Assembly: GCF_032191835.1 (NCBI RefSeq)
Contig: NC_083224.1
Coordinates: 150,350,001 to 150,414,000, forward strand
Source of the DNA: Heteronotia binoei
Lineage: Eukaryota
DNA length: 64,000 nucleotides
Direction of reading: 5' to 3'
Part shown: positions 34,010 to 46,511 of the stretch, one piece after another
How the letters are laid out: every line of letters starts with the position of its first letter
Numbering within the stretch: position 1 is the stretch's first letter
Program-made: the position numbers and the translations under genes
Notes under the pieces: model-generated
Told to the model about the DNA's origin: nothing
What the model saw: only the letters and a program-made list of their open reading frames with translations
The model's database searches: none

Positions 34010-37000
34010 TACTGTTTCTATTTTCTCATATCAATTCCCAAGTTTCTGGCCCAAACGTATATTGGTTCATTTTGTCAACTTTACATTTTGTTTCCAAAGT
34101 TTTTCCCATTCTGCCAAATCAATAGAAAATCCAAAGTCTTCTAACCATTTTATTCAACTCTCTTTCACTGTTTCATCTTGCATTTTAATTTGGAGTAGCC
34201 AATTATATATTTTTGAGATAAGTTTCTGATTATCTTGAATTAATGTATCAAATTCGTTTAGAGTTTTGGAAAAACCTAATTCTTTATCCGATTGATATCT
34301 TGACTTAACCTGACATCTAACCCACCAGTCCAATTTTACGTTGTCATCTAATTTCAAGTTATTCTCCTTATCCAGCAATAGGCTATAATTATAATTAGTT
34401 CCCCAATTGTATAAATTTGGATGCATAGAAGCCTCTTCTGGAGATAACCAAGCTGGTGTATAAGTATAAAGCACATTTTTAACCTCTATCCACGCACTGT
34501 ATATCGACTTCCTTATCTCATGTCTTAAAAAAATATTGTTTCTCTGAGGAGTCTTATACCAAATATAATCATGCCAACCTTTTACTAATCCTGCCCCTTC
34601 AAGTATTAACAATCTTTTATTTTCCAATACAAGCCAATCTTTTACCCATACTAAACAGCACGCTTTGTAGTATAGTCTCCATTCAGGTAATGCAAACCCT
34701 CCTCTTAGTTTGCTTTCTTGCAAAACTTTTAATTTTATTCTCGGTTTTTTATTCTGCCAGATAAATGACATAACCATTTTGTTGAGTTGTTGAAAAAAGG
34801 TTCTTGGTAAGATAATTGGAACCATCTGCAACAGAAATAAAACTCTAGGTAATACATTCATTTTGATTGTTGCCACTCGCCCCAAGAGTGAGATTTGCAG
34901 GTCTCTCCCTCTATCTAGGTCAATTCTAATTTCTTTTTAAAAAATTCATAATTGTCTCATTGTAGTGTCTTCAAATCATTCATTAAATAAATACCTAAAT
35001 ATTTTATTTTATTTTCATGCTTAAACCCCGATCTCCTTTCTAATTGCTCAATTTTCTCCTTACTCATATTTTTGGTCAAAAATTTGGTTTTTTGTACATT
35101 AACTTTGAATCCCGATACCTCTTCGTACGGTTTTAATTTTTCCTTCAGATGTCCAATAGAAGAATTGGGGTCTTCTAATATAAATAATAAATCGTCTGCA
35201 AAGGCCTGAATTTTAAACTCTTCATTTTTAATTTTTGCACCCCTAACTTCAGCATCCTCTCTTATTGTCTTTGTTAAAAATTCCAAAGTTAGGACAAAAA
35301 GTAAGGGAGACAAGGGACATCCTTGCCTAGTTCCTTGTTCGATGTCTATTAAATCAGTGGTGCATCCATTAAAATTTTATCTTCTCACTTTGCTTGGTGT
35401 ATATAGCTTCCACTAGTTTTCTGAATATTTCTCCACAACCAACTGCTGCTAATGATTTTATAGCAAATTTCCAATTGACATTATCAAACGCCTTTTCTGC
35501 ATCTAACATGATGCCCGCAAATTGCTTTTCAGGGTGTTCTCGGTAATATTCTAAGATGTTTAAAATAAATCTTATGTTCCGACGCATCATCCTTCCCGGC
35601 ACAAAACTTGTTTGATCTTCCTGAACTATTGTAGAAATTACTTTTTTAAGCCTGTTGGATAGAATTGCTGTGAAGATTTTACAATCAGCGTTTAGTGGCG
35701 AGATCGGCCTATAGTTTCTAATGTCTGATGGATCAGTCCCTTCTTTATGGATCAATGAGATCAGTGCCTCTCTCCACGATGTTGGCATCAGAGCAGTTTC
35801 TTGTATTTCTTCTATTACCTTTTTGTAAGGAATCAGAAGAACCTCCTCAAAAGATTTAAAGACTTCAATCGGTAATCCATCCGGACCCAGTGTTTTGTTA
35901 CTTTTCTGTCTTTTTATAGCTTCAATTATTTCATGTATTGTAATGGGGTTCTCTAACATTTCCTGTTGCTCCTTGGCTAATTGTTTCATCTTAACATTCT
36001 CCATATATTCTTCTTGGGGTTGTTCAAAAATCTCCTGTTTTTTATATAAGTTCTGATAAAAATTTTGATAAAAGTTCTGATAAAAATTTTGAACAATTCC
36101 TTTCATTAAGTCCTTTTGTACAACCTCTTCCCCTTCGTCATTTTTTAAAGATCTTATGATTCATTTTTTAAAGATCTTATTATTCTTTCTTTCTTGAGTT
36201 TGTACGCCAACCATCTGCTAGTTTTGTTGGCACTTTCAAAATAATTTTGCTTCACCCACTTCAGTTTCTTCTCCACTTCTTCAGTAAGCACCAGGTTTAT
36301 TTCATGCTGTATAGATTGTATCTTTAATTTCATTTCTTTTGTATCTTTAACTTGTGAGCCGCCCTGAGCCTGCCTTGGCGGGGAGGGCGGGATATAAATA
36401 AAAGCCTATTATTGTTATTATTGTTGTTGTTGTTGTTGTTGTTGTTATTATTTTGCTGTTTGTCATGTTCTCTTAATTTTGTTACTAACTCATTATATGA
36501 TTTCATCCATTCTTTCTTTCTTCTTGCAGCGTAACTGATAGCGATTCCTTAGAAGAAAGCTTTAAAGGCGTCCCAAGTTACTTGCATGGACATGTCTTTT
36601 TTAACATTACATTCAAAAAAGATCTTTATTTCCTTCTTAGCTCTTTCTAAGAATGCTTTCTCTTTTACAATTTGTAAGTTCAGAGTCCAACGGAAGCTTC
36701 TCGGGGAGTCTTGCAAGTTCACTTGTACTGGGCTATGATCAGCAAACGTCATCGGTAAAATATTCGCTTGATTAACTAATAAAGTTAATGCAGCAGACAT
36801 CCAACACATGTCTATTCTGAACCAACATTTATGAGCTTGGGAGTAATGAGTAAAATCTTTCATCTGTGGGTTTTTCATTCTCCAAAAGTCTATCAAATTA
36901 TATTCATCAGCCATTTTATAAAGTTTTGGGTAACTTACTACGAGATTTTTTTGCCTTCAATTCCTCAATTTTTTTATCTTTTTCCACATCAAATATGGCA

Positions 37001-37427
37001 TTATAGTCCCCAGAAATACAACAATTTTCCCCTCCACATTCAAATAATTTCTCATGTAGCACCGTATAAAATCTTTCCTGGTTGTCGTTCGGAGCATATA
37101 TATTACCCAGAATCACCTTGGTTTTGTTAATTTCTACTTCTACTATTAAGATCCTCCCGGCCTCATCATTATATAACAGACTGGATTTTATCTGTTTCTG
37201 CACATATATAGCCACTCCCCTTTTTTCCCAGAATCACATAAATGGTAAAGTTGTCCCAATTTTTTATTTTGCAAATATTTTATGTCATTTTTCCTAATAT
37301 GCGTTTTTTGTAAACAAACAATTTGAGAATTTAGTTTTTGAAATTGCAAGAATGTCCTTCTTTTTCTTGGCTCATTTAATCCATTTACATTTACAGATAT
37401 AATCTGTAATCCTACTTTGGTAGCCAT
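34010..37427 (-). pseudogene. L1 ORF2 (APE endonuclease + RT), broken by multiple frameshifts and stops
   Basis: VNVNGLN, GNIYAPN, GDYN, RIDMCW, ADHSP; YRPIS, DAEKAFD, RQGCPLSPLLF, FADD, KYLG; LGRVATIKMNVLPR; GGFALP. Confidence 0.92.
36345..36450 (+). mobile_element. L2-type 3' tail with (TTG/TTA)n inserted into L1 ORF2
   Basis: gtgagccgccctgagcctgccttggcggggagggcgggatataaataaaa followed by a microsatellite, antisense to the L1. Confidence 0.75.
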
Positions 37428-37546
37428 CCTATTGCAGTGTTACTATCTGATATTTTCCTTTGGTCCTTTTTTGTTTGAAGTCTTGTCTTCACTCTTTCCT
37501 TTTTCAGTTCATCTTTCCCCGTTCTATTTAGTTCATATTCCTCTTC

Positions 37547-38410
37547 TCAGTCTTCCCCAGACTCCAGCTCCTGACTACTAGTCTCCACAAATTTATCCCA
37601 GAACTCTTCCATCTTTTCTATTGATACTATATTGTACCTCTTAGTTTTGTAAGTGAAAAAAATTCCTTCTGGTATCAGCCATCTAAATTGTATGGAGTGT
37701 TTCATTAACCACGTTGTCAGTTTTTTATATTCAAAACGTCTCTTTCTTATAGACCAGGGTACATCTTTTAAAACCTTGATATAATTGCCTTCGCATTTCA
37801 AGCCCTTTTCTCGTACTACTCTCAAAATCTTCTCACATATCATAGTTCGGGTAAATCTGACTTGAACCTCCCTTGGTATATTAAGTCTTTTTGTATGAGC
37901 TGAAGAGACTCTTCTAGCCCATTCAATCTCGATCTTTCCATTTTCTAATATTTCTTCTTCATCGATAGTCAACAGTTCAATAATCTTATTTTCTATGTTC
38001 TCTCCCTTTTCCTCAGGAATATTTTGAAATCTTAAAACAAACACCGTTTTATCCATTTCCAATCTTGCAATTCTATCTTCTGACTCCAACAAATTGGCTT
38101 TATTTTCTCGGATACTAGCTGACATTGCTTCTCCTTGATCCTCTAGTTTTCCTACCTTTGCCGACAATGCATGTACTTGCTGTGTATTGCCCAATAACTG
38201 TTTTTGGAATCCGACCACTTGCTCATTTGTTTTCTTGATTTCTCCCATCAATTCGGTCTTAATTTTTTCCAAGGCCTCTTGGTTTTGTTTAAACCCAGCT
38301 ATCATTATATTTTGTAATTTTTCTAAAGCTTCCTGATTTATCACAGATGACCCCAATTTACTTCCCCCTGGTGGGGTACCCTGTCCAAATTTCTTAATTT
38401 TAGTCTCCAT
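37547..38410 (-). CDS. L1 ORF1p-like RNA-binding protein (287 aa open frame)
   Basis: Coiled-coil N-terminal half, then LRFQNIPEE, WARRV, PREVQVRF and FRWLIPEG (RRM/CTD-like); located directly upstream of ORF2. Confidence 0.85.
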   Translation of the reverse strand: METKIKKFGQGTPPGGSKLGSSVINQEALEKLQNIMIAGFKQNQEALEKIKTELMGEIKKTNEQVVGFQKQLLGNTQQVHALSAKVGKLEDQGEAMSASIRENKANLLESEDRIARLEMDKTVFVLRFQNIPEEKGENIENKIIELLTIDEEEILENGKIEIEWARRVSSAHTKRLNIPREVQVRFTRTMICEKILRVVREKGLKCEGNYIKVLKDVPWSIRKRRFEYKKLTTWLMKHSIQFRWLIPEGIFFTYKTKRYNIVSIEKMEEFWDKFVETSSQELESGED

Positions 38411-40009
38411 TTTTTAAGAATTCAACAGTTGTTTACTTCTTCCAACTACATGTATTTAATCACCAGTAACACTACTTATAACTATAAAAAGAGCCTAACT
38501 ACTTCACTGCTTTACTCTTGATCAATTCTTACTAACTAAATTAATTAATCCTTTGTATTCCTAGACTAACCAATTAATTATTCCAATTAATTCCAATTTA
38601 AATTCCAATCAAAACATTAACTAATATATCAAATACAATTCATTACTCTATAAAACACTTGTTCCCCAATCAATTACAAAATAACATATAATAATATAGT
38701 TCATGCATCAGAATGACTTTCCCAACAATAAATAAATCACCAGTTCCTTTAAATCTTTAACAATGTTCTATAGATCAATATTATCAGAATTATATACTTT
38801 TAGTCCCCTTTTCCTTCCTTCTTCTTTCAGCATTTCCATAAGGCTAAATTAACCTCAGATGTAGGATGCAACCGACTTCAGCAAAGGTGGATGACATCCA
38901 TAGCTATTAATTTAAAAGCAAAGTCAAATATAGTTAGGAGCATGTGGTTGGATGGGAGCCACAGTTTGCTTGAGCAACTGAAAGTCTCAGTATTCATCCC
39001 CTGAAGCTCATTGTATGAAATGAGATAAATGCCAAAATGGGGAGAGTCTCTTCTTGTGGTATTAAGGAGCTACAGTACAAAGGAATGTTTGTTTTGAAAA
39101 TAAGATTACAACCTATATAGAGAGGCATAAATATTTGCATTGCATAATTGTTTTAGCAAATGAATTGGCAAGACAAACCACACAAGAATGTTTCTCCCTA
39201 CCCCCTCCTTTACAAAACTGTGGATCTGCAGAATTTTAATTAGTTTCCTTCTGAGCATCTGTGAGCTCTGGTCACTTTAAAACAAAGAGAGAGAGAGAGA
39301 GGCCGTATTACTAAGATTAAGGTCTCTTTCATGGCTGTTTCTGTGTTGGTTTTTATTACCCATTTTTATAAATCTTCTCAGCCAAATGAATGCCTTTTAG
39401 CAAAAAAAGAGGGGGTCTCAGTGACAGTTTTATAGCATGACTTGCATTTTTGTTTCTATTTATGTAACGCGGCTATACAGTGCATAGCACGCTGCAATGT
39501 GCTACTATTTAAAGAGGTGGGAGTTCATAGAGAGTTCTTGAGCAAACGGGCAATAAAACCAGGTCTCTCATATCAAAATACCAGAGTTTCATTAAAGTGT
39601 ACTTTAAATAGGTCAAAGCTGCTAGGGGCAGGTAGGGTTCCCTTATTGTGCTAGTCTGGCTTCATAACAAGGAAGAGGGAAGAAAAGCACGCCTTGGACT
39701 TTATGAAATTGTGCCTTATGCTCAAATATCCTAAAAATTACTAAGGAAACCTCCGTATTAACCAGTTAGTGAGTGACCAGTGCTCTAAATCAACACCAGT
39801 CATCTGATAAACCACATGCTCTGGCAATCAAGGTAGGTGATCCTGCTCTGATACCTGCAAGACTAGGGGACATTTCACACACTAGCCCTTACCCCAGTAC
39901 CTTAGGATAAGGCAGACATCTGCAAGCTATAGCTCCAGAGTCACCTGCAGTACTGAGCTACAAAACCATACACAGCTCTTTAAAAAGAAAACAAAATCTT
40001 TAAGTTAAG

Positions 40010-40176
40010 CAGGCCTTGAATTCAGCAGGAGCTCACAGGAGCGCAGCTTTTGAACCTTTCTGAGGGTTCCCCTTCTTCTTCCCCATCTACCACCCTTGTC
40101 CATTGACCAGTAGATGCAGCTGCATAACAATCCCTGGATGACCTCCACCACCTATTTTTCTACAAAATGACCCCTG
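40010..40176. mobile_element. hAT MITE with perfect 8-bp TSD
   Basis: Starts caggcc, ends gacccctg; TSD aagttaag at 40002-40009 and 40177-40184. Confidence 0.85.
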
Positions 40177-40281
40177 AAGTTAAGGTATATAAGAGGGGTA
40201 GGTGGGATGCTAGAATAATTGGTGTGTGTGAAAGGAATGGCTGCTAAAGATTTTTATGGGTCTAAAGGGCTTCTTGCCCTA

Positions 40282-41285
40282 GCTTGGATGGCCTGAGCTA
40301 ACCTGATCTCATCAGATCACAGAAGTTAAGCAGGGGAGGGCCCGGATAATATTTGGATGGGAGGTCCAAAGGAAATCACAGGTCACTACACAGAGGCAGG
40401 TGATGGCAAACCACCTCTGGGGTGCAGTCAAACGTACCATTAAAAGTGGGTGTGTAGCGCTCAAATTTGAACTGCTGAATATTGATTTGATGCAGGGCCA
40501 TTCAGATGAGCATCCAAGAATGAGACTCATTTTGTTGTTGAGCGATCAGACATCCAATACTATCACGCTCTTTTCTTGAAGCATGCGTGATCAGATGTTG
40601 ATTTCTGGGAGGGGGGGGGGTCCATTGAACATGCGCCCAACTGTTTGGAGGTGAGAAATCAAACATTGCTTCAGAGGCGGGGGGGAAGGGGGGAAATTTC
40701 CAGAATTAATGTTGCCGATTCAAACCAAGGAACTGCCAGGAATTACTTTCCTAGAAATTGGCAGTGACAATGATATCTGGAAATCCTCCACATTGAAAAA
40801 AAAGATTCCCCCCCCCCTGTTCTGAATAGTGGGATAACGTTTCCCCCCCACCCTCCGATCCTGTGTTGATTGGAGAAGCAGAAGCATCACCTCAGATTCC
40901 TGGATGATCTGGCAATGCGCATGTCTGCTGGGGCTTTTTTTTTTAAAATAAAGGTAGGGGGGCGGTAAACATTCCAAGGGGCAGTATCGCACGTGAGCTG
41001 TCCAAACAGGAAAAAGCCGATCTTGTGCCGCTTTTTTGAAAAAGGGCCGGACTTTCTGCGCTGTCAAATTAGTGTGGCATTGAGGCGCAGCAAGCTGGGA
41101 TGACCCTGGATGACGCTCGATTGCCAGATGTGGATGTCTGAATGAATACATTTAATCCGTCAGCAAGACGGAGCTGTATCGCCACTAATGGTACGTCTGA
41201 ACACACCCCTGGTCATCTCTTGCCTTGAAAACCCTATGAGGGGGTAACTCACCATACATTGGCTATGACTTGACAGCACCTTCCA
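40282..41285 (+). mobile_element. 5S rRNA-derived SINE with RTE-like tail, split by a DNA transposon
   Basis: 5S-like head (ctgatctcatcagatcacagaagttaagcaggg...tttggatgggag), then ggcaaaccacctctg | gtcatctcttgccttgaaaaccct...gacttgacagcac. Confidence 0.8.
40420..41208. mobile_element. PIF/Harbinger-like non-autonomous element, 3-bp TSD CTG
   Basis: TIRs of about 25 bp (gggtgcagtcaaacgtaccatta / taatggtacgtctgaacacaccc); CTG on both sides (40417-40419, 41209-41211); removal rejoins the SINE. Confidence 0.75.
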
Positions 41286-41429
41286 CTACCAAAGGGCAAT
41301 GATAGGGGTGAAACAATTGTCAGTAATTCCAGATGTGCACCACACACAGATTTATGCCAGTGCACTAAAACAATTGCACAGGACTTGCCATAACCAGTGC
41401 TTGGGCTACAGGAGCTTTTATGGATTATT

Positions 41430-41481
41430 AGCCGCCCTGAGCCTGCCTAGGCGGGGAGGGCGGGATACAAATAAAATTTAA

Positions 41482-41546
<65 letters not shown>

Positions 41547-41547
41547 T
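41430..41547 (+). mobile_element. L2-type 3' tail with (TAA)n microsatellite
   Basis: gccgccctgagcctgcctaggcggggagggcgggatacaaataaaa followed by about 21 TAA units. Confidence 0.8.
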
Positions 41548-41569
41548 AATCAACATGTCTATTATCAGT

Positions 41570-42025
41570 GTTGAAGGGGTCTGAACTGGCTGAGACCAAC
41601 ATTGAAAGAGATCTTGGGGTTGTAGTGGGAAGCTGAATAAAAATGTTGATAACGTGCAGCTCCAATGAAAAAGGCAAACTCTGTGCAAGGAATAATTAGG
41701 GAAGGAACTGAAAAGAAAATGACTAATATTTTAATGTCCCTGTTTGGATCTGTGGTTCAGCCTCATTTGGAATCCTCTGTGTAATTCTGGATATTGCAGG
41801 GCTTGGAGTAACTTTTCTATGAGGAAAGTCTGGAGTCTGGGACTTTTCAGTCTAGAAAAGACAGCTAGGGGAATATGATGGAAGTTTATAAAATTGTGTG
41901 TGGGGTGGAGAAAATGGATAGAGTAAGTTTTTTCTCCATCTCCCATAGTAGTAGAACTCAGGAACATCCAACAAAGTTGATTAGCAATAGATTCATGGCA
42001 GGCAACAGGAAATACTTTACTTAAT
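41570..42025 (+). mobile_element. Degenerate CR1 ORF2 C-terminal fragment
   Basis: Remnants of ERDLGV, KKANS, V.PHLE, LGLFSLEK, VYKI and RTQEHP.KL across frameshifts. Confidence 0.75.
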
Positions 42026-42134
42026 AAGTAATAAGCTTATTATTAATAAGTTATACTCTTGCTGGTCTCTATGGTGCTACTGGACTCAAATGTAACTATT
42101 CTACTGCAGACCAACATGGGTACCCTCTAAAACT

Positions 42135-43130
42135 ATCTTCATGGTTCAGCGGTGCATCAAACCTGAGTGACCCAGGTTTGAACCTGTTGTACATCAGCCT
42201 GAGCTGGGGTCACAACCTCAGTCAGAGTCAGATAGCTTTCCTCTGACAAAGAGCTGCTGGCAGGACCTCTGCCGGCAGATCGGGCACAAGTCACCACTGC
42301 TGAAAGCTGTCTATCCAAAGGAGGACAGCCTGTCACACACCAACTATTGTCAGACCAAGGTCTCCATCAGCAGGTCAAAGATCAACGGTTAGTCTGGAGC
42401 TGCCAGAGGCCATGCTGAGAGATCTGCTGAAGCCGAGCTGGCACCCAAGACCCCAGAGGCAATAAGCCAGACAGGGGAGGCTTATCCCGCCCCTCCTGAC
42501 TCCCCCAGGAAACACTGGGCTAAAAGACACAGAGAGTGCCAAACAAGGTGGAGGAGTGAGCACCTTATGGCATGCCAGTGTCTGTCAAATTTGAGTGATG
42601 GCGGGATGAAGACTGGGTGAAACAGCCAGGCAGCTGGCTTGTTAGCAACAGCTATATCAACAGCCAAAAGAAGCAGGAAGGTTGTAAAAGCAACAAGTGC
42701 CTCCACCCACCCTCTAATTCCTGACACCTGAGTCTGCATTCACCTTGACCCTGATTCTGGGACAGGCTTTGGACCCTCTAGCTCTTCTGGACTCCTGACC
42801 TCAGACTGATACTCACTTGGCTACCTAGCACTGGCTTTCTGACCACTGGACTAATCGGACCTCACTGCTCGCTGGCACCCCAACCTTGGAACCGGACTCT
42901 GGACTCTTGATACTTGCTACGTTTGCACGCTGCGCATCCCACCTTGCCCTTTGGGTACCAGCCCACTACAGAATCTCTATGCTGCCATAGAAGCTTGCAG
43001 TCATCTTGAGCAAGTCATACACTCAATCTAACCTACCTCACAGGGTTGTTGGGAGGATAATTAAGAAGAGAACAATGCAGTTGCTTCAAGTCTTAGTGGG
43101 AAAAACAGAAAAGCAGCATCTAATACCAGC
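42135..43130 (+). mobile_element. tRNA-derived CORE-like SINE split by a solo LTR
   Basis: Left half ends in the B box ccaggtttgaacc; right half gaatctctatgctgccatagaagc...ctaacctacctcacagggttgttgggaggataa. Confidence 0.7.
42185..42970 (+). mobile_element. Solo LTR (786 bp), probably Gypsy-type
   Basis: TG...CA termini; 5-bp TSD gaacc/gaatc; TATA-like tatatcaa near 42654 followed by a C/T-rich U5-like region; removal restores the SINE. Confidence 0.75.
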
Positions 43131-43189
43131 AACAGTAGCACAAAATTTCTGCTACAATACCTCCCTTAATCAGACAAATCCTGCTCCTC

Positions 43190-43402
43190 TGAGGTTTACC
43201 ATCCTTCAGGTGAGGTCTGGAGATCTCCTGGAATTATAACTTATCTCTAGACTACAGAGATCAGTTCCCTGGAGAAAATGGCTGATTTGGGGAGTACACT
43301 GCATGGCATGACCTCTGCTGAGGTCTCTGCTCCCAAACCGCTGCCTTCCTAAGCCTCCTCCTCCAAATCTCCAGGAATTTCCTAACTCAAATACAGATAC
43401 TT
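43190..43402 (+). mobile_element. Short Blackjack-like MITE
   Basis: ggagatctcctggaattataac...actacagagatcagttccctggagaaaatggctg body shared with other copies. Confidence 0.65.
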
Positions 43403-46210
43403 TCATTTCATGCTAGCAGTTTCTGCCACATGCTAGAAAACCATGTGAGAGTGTGAGTGGCAGCCATCTTGAACTCTGAAACAGCTTTTAGATTATAATC
43501 CCATTTAATTAAATATCTGGGGAGAAATATGAACGTTTGCCTTCCTTCCCACTCAACAGGTTCAGATAGCTCTGAAAGTCAGACCTGTGTGTTTAATTAG
43601 CATGTGTGGATTTAGGTCTGTCCATTTAGGTCTGTCCAGCTGGAAGCTTTGCTTCCTTGAGTTTATTGGAAATACAGTAAACCAGGTCACTGAGGAGAAG
43701 CAGCCTCTCAAGTTGTGCCGGGGTACATGCATCAAATCCTGTTGCTGAAGAATGGATGCCCAGGAACAGGGGTGGGGGGATTAAAGGAGTTTGCTTCTAC
43801 CAGGCTACCTCATGGTGAGGACAAGAGGGAGACAAGGGGAGGATAGAGCTGGCCAATTGGGCAAAGTACAGCCATTGTTATTGCCTTTACCAAGCATATC
43901 TTCCTACATAACTGCCATTATCCTCCCTCATTGTTGTCTGTACAGTCTATGCTATAAAACAGACTTATGGGGAAAGCAGCAGGCATGCCATCCATCCTTC
44001 CTCCTCTCTTTGCTCCTGCCATCTTCCCCCCCCCTCCTCAGTCCCCTCTCTCTTTGCCAAGCCCAACAAAGCCTGGTACAGCAGCCAGGCCTGGATTGCT
44101 CAACTGTGGGGAGGGAATCATTGCCCAGCAAGGACAGCAGTGGTGCTGCTTCACTTTGTCACCTGCTAACAGGGAGCATTCAGCTTCAGTGAAAACAGTA
44201 GGTCTAACCAGATGGACGTGACAAGAATCTGTTAGTGTACACATAAAGAAATATAATGTCTTTTGGCCTTCAGTTCAATGCATGAGAGGTATCCCCATAT
44301 TATGCACAACATGTTGAAAGAGAGATGCCTGGCAAATTAAATACTGGGTAGTCTTCTGGACACCTTTGAGCAAACACCAGTGATCACTGCTGGGAAGGGC
44401 AATAGCGCTTAAACAGCGTTAAATTTTATTCTGAAGGACAAGGTAGTTTCAGCACAATGATATAACCTTCATGTTTTCATTGTGACATTTCATATCACAG
44501 AAAACATTTCATGTTGTTGTTTTTTTCCTGAACAATTGTTCTCTAGGCCCCATGCTGTTCATCTTGAGCTATGGGAAAACAGCAGGCCATGTCAAACTCT
44601 GGACCCTATCAGTATAAGATTTCTTCTCCCTCTGTCTCTCTGTTTCCAAAACTTAAACAGAGTGCCTCAGTGACAAGAAATCATGATTTTTTTTCCTATG
44701 AAAAAATCCATTTGATATTTCATTTGATACATTGAGCAATTTTAAGTGACAGCTCACCTTTCCAGGAATGTCACCCACACCTAAGTATTCCCAGGACCGT
44801 GGGAGGGGATGAATTGGTTTTTTGGTAGGCCAAACCAGTATCACAGATATGAAGGAAAACATCATTTTGGGTCAAAAATTGCCTTTAATTTGCATTTTTA
44901 ATAAAAAGGACAACTTTGCAAACCACAAAAAAATCTTTCTCTCTGAGTCATATAATTCCCTTTGCTTTTCTGATCATCACCTTTGCTCTCTAATAGCCAC
45001 ATGCATGCTGAAAGAAAGTAAATGATTTCAAACTTTTGATTCACTTTGCCTGGGTTTCTTCCTAGGAACTTCTTAAAGGTGGTTGTGTTTTAGGGCAGCA
45101 AGGAATTTTTTTTATATTCCCAGCATCCCAATGAAAGAGCATTATACTGTAGGACTTTAAGGAGGACTGGGGTTGCACCTCATTCTGTGTTTTCTGCAAA
45201 CTACTTTGCTCCCTGCATAAAGCATTCTGGCAAATAATGAATTGTTGGACTTTTTAAGTGGAAAGAAAATGTATGTGCTATACTGTCCACATTTCTTGTG
45301 AAAGAATAAAGAGACCATAATTCTGCATAAAGTCTCTTGGCACAAAGCAAAATTTAGGCCATGATCATTTTATGCATCTAGCCTGATATTTCAATCTGGC
45401 CTGTCTCAAAGAGCACACAAACAACCACAGGCTCATACAAACAAGTATTTTTTTCATAAACTCCTTGTTTTGATTAAATAAAATCCTTTCTTCCTCCCCA
45501 ATTTTTAAACATAGGCAAGTTCCTCAAGATGGCTCCCAAATTCTAAGATGCAAACTTGAATAAGATTGTTGCTTAGCAACACCTTTTTTTTGTTCAAATT
45601 ACATTTTTAAAATCCAGTATACACTAGATATGAATAGAAGCTGAAACGAGGAGCTCTTAAAATTTTGTTAATGCTATCAAAGGATCCCTAACAGGAAAAA
45701 AAAATTAAGGGTTGAGAAATAAGATTGCCAAGGCTTCTTTCTTCTTTTTTTCAGCAGTACCTCACAAGAGAATCTCTTTTTTATGGGCAAAAATCTCTGC
45801 AATTTTAGTTCCTATATGTTCCTCCGGAGTTTTAAAAGAAAAATAAATGATAGACTTTTTGCTAATGATACAACGTTACCACTTCTTTCACAGAGATCAT
45901 CCTACACAGCAGCCAGCTCCCTTGTTAATTCCTTTTCCTCCCATCCTCTTCTTCCCTCCTATGTGTAACTCCTCTTCATGTGTGTGAAGCTATAATGGTT
46001 CACTTCCTCCTCTGATTTCTGACCGCATTGTCAAAACAAGAATATGAGGCAGAACCTGATCCAAATCCCTTAAAGGCCAGTGGAAGTCTTCATTTGATTC
46101 TACTGGACCTGGAAAATTAGTTATGCTTTTTAATTTTTTTTAAAAAAAAGGTTTATTGATATTTGATAAATAGAAGTTATACTTTTTACACCTTTCGTAG
46201 GGCAAATGAA

Positions 46211-46477
46211 ATGCTTACAGGGCGATGGGGGGGATCAGCATTTTGAAATGTTATTTATCTGTATAGCCTATACAAAGAAATAACATTTCAAAATGCTGAT
46301 TTCTCCCGCCCCACCCCACCCTGTAAGCATCATGCACTTCCTCTATGATGGTGGGCTTACAGAGCAGCTGAAGGTGAGCTGTGTTCTCTCATTGCACATT
46401 ACATCTACTTGACTGTGACATCCCAGTCTTCAAAGGCTGTCCCTATACTGTAAACCCACCTTCATAGAGGAAGTGCA
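46211..46477. repeat. Two adjacent fold-back hairpins (46211-46330 and 46333-46477)
   Basis: Perfect 23-bp stem 46234-46256/46278-46300 with inner gtatag/ctatac and outer atgcttacaggg/ccctgtaagcat; second stem of about 30 bp 46333-46362/46448-46477. Confidence 0.9.
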
Positions 46478-46511
46478 CAATGAGCTTATCATCCTCTCAT
46501 CCTTCCCACTT

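Larger units (their letters stand above)
34010..38800 (-). mobile_element. L1-clade LINE, ORF1 plus disrupted ORF2, 3' end truncated; boundaries approximate
   Basis: ORF1 followed by collinear APE and RT fragments; A-rich sense strand; no poly(A) or TSD seen. Confidence 0.92.

Noticed and set aside
37547-38410. Domesticated (L1TD1-like) ORF1
   Set aside because: An open 864 bp is not improbable given the lesion density in ORF2, and acidic coding-like sequence continues beyond the stop, so the ORF may be prematurely terminated.
41428-41688. Poly-tyrosine ORF
   Set aside because: Translation of the (TAA)n microsatellite on the reverse strand.
44173-44197. 25-nt microexon with good plus-strand splice sites
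   Set aside because: Not a multiple of three, no partner exons; expected by chance in 64 kb.
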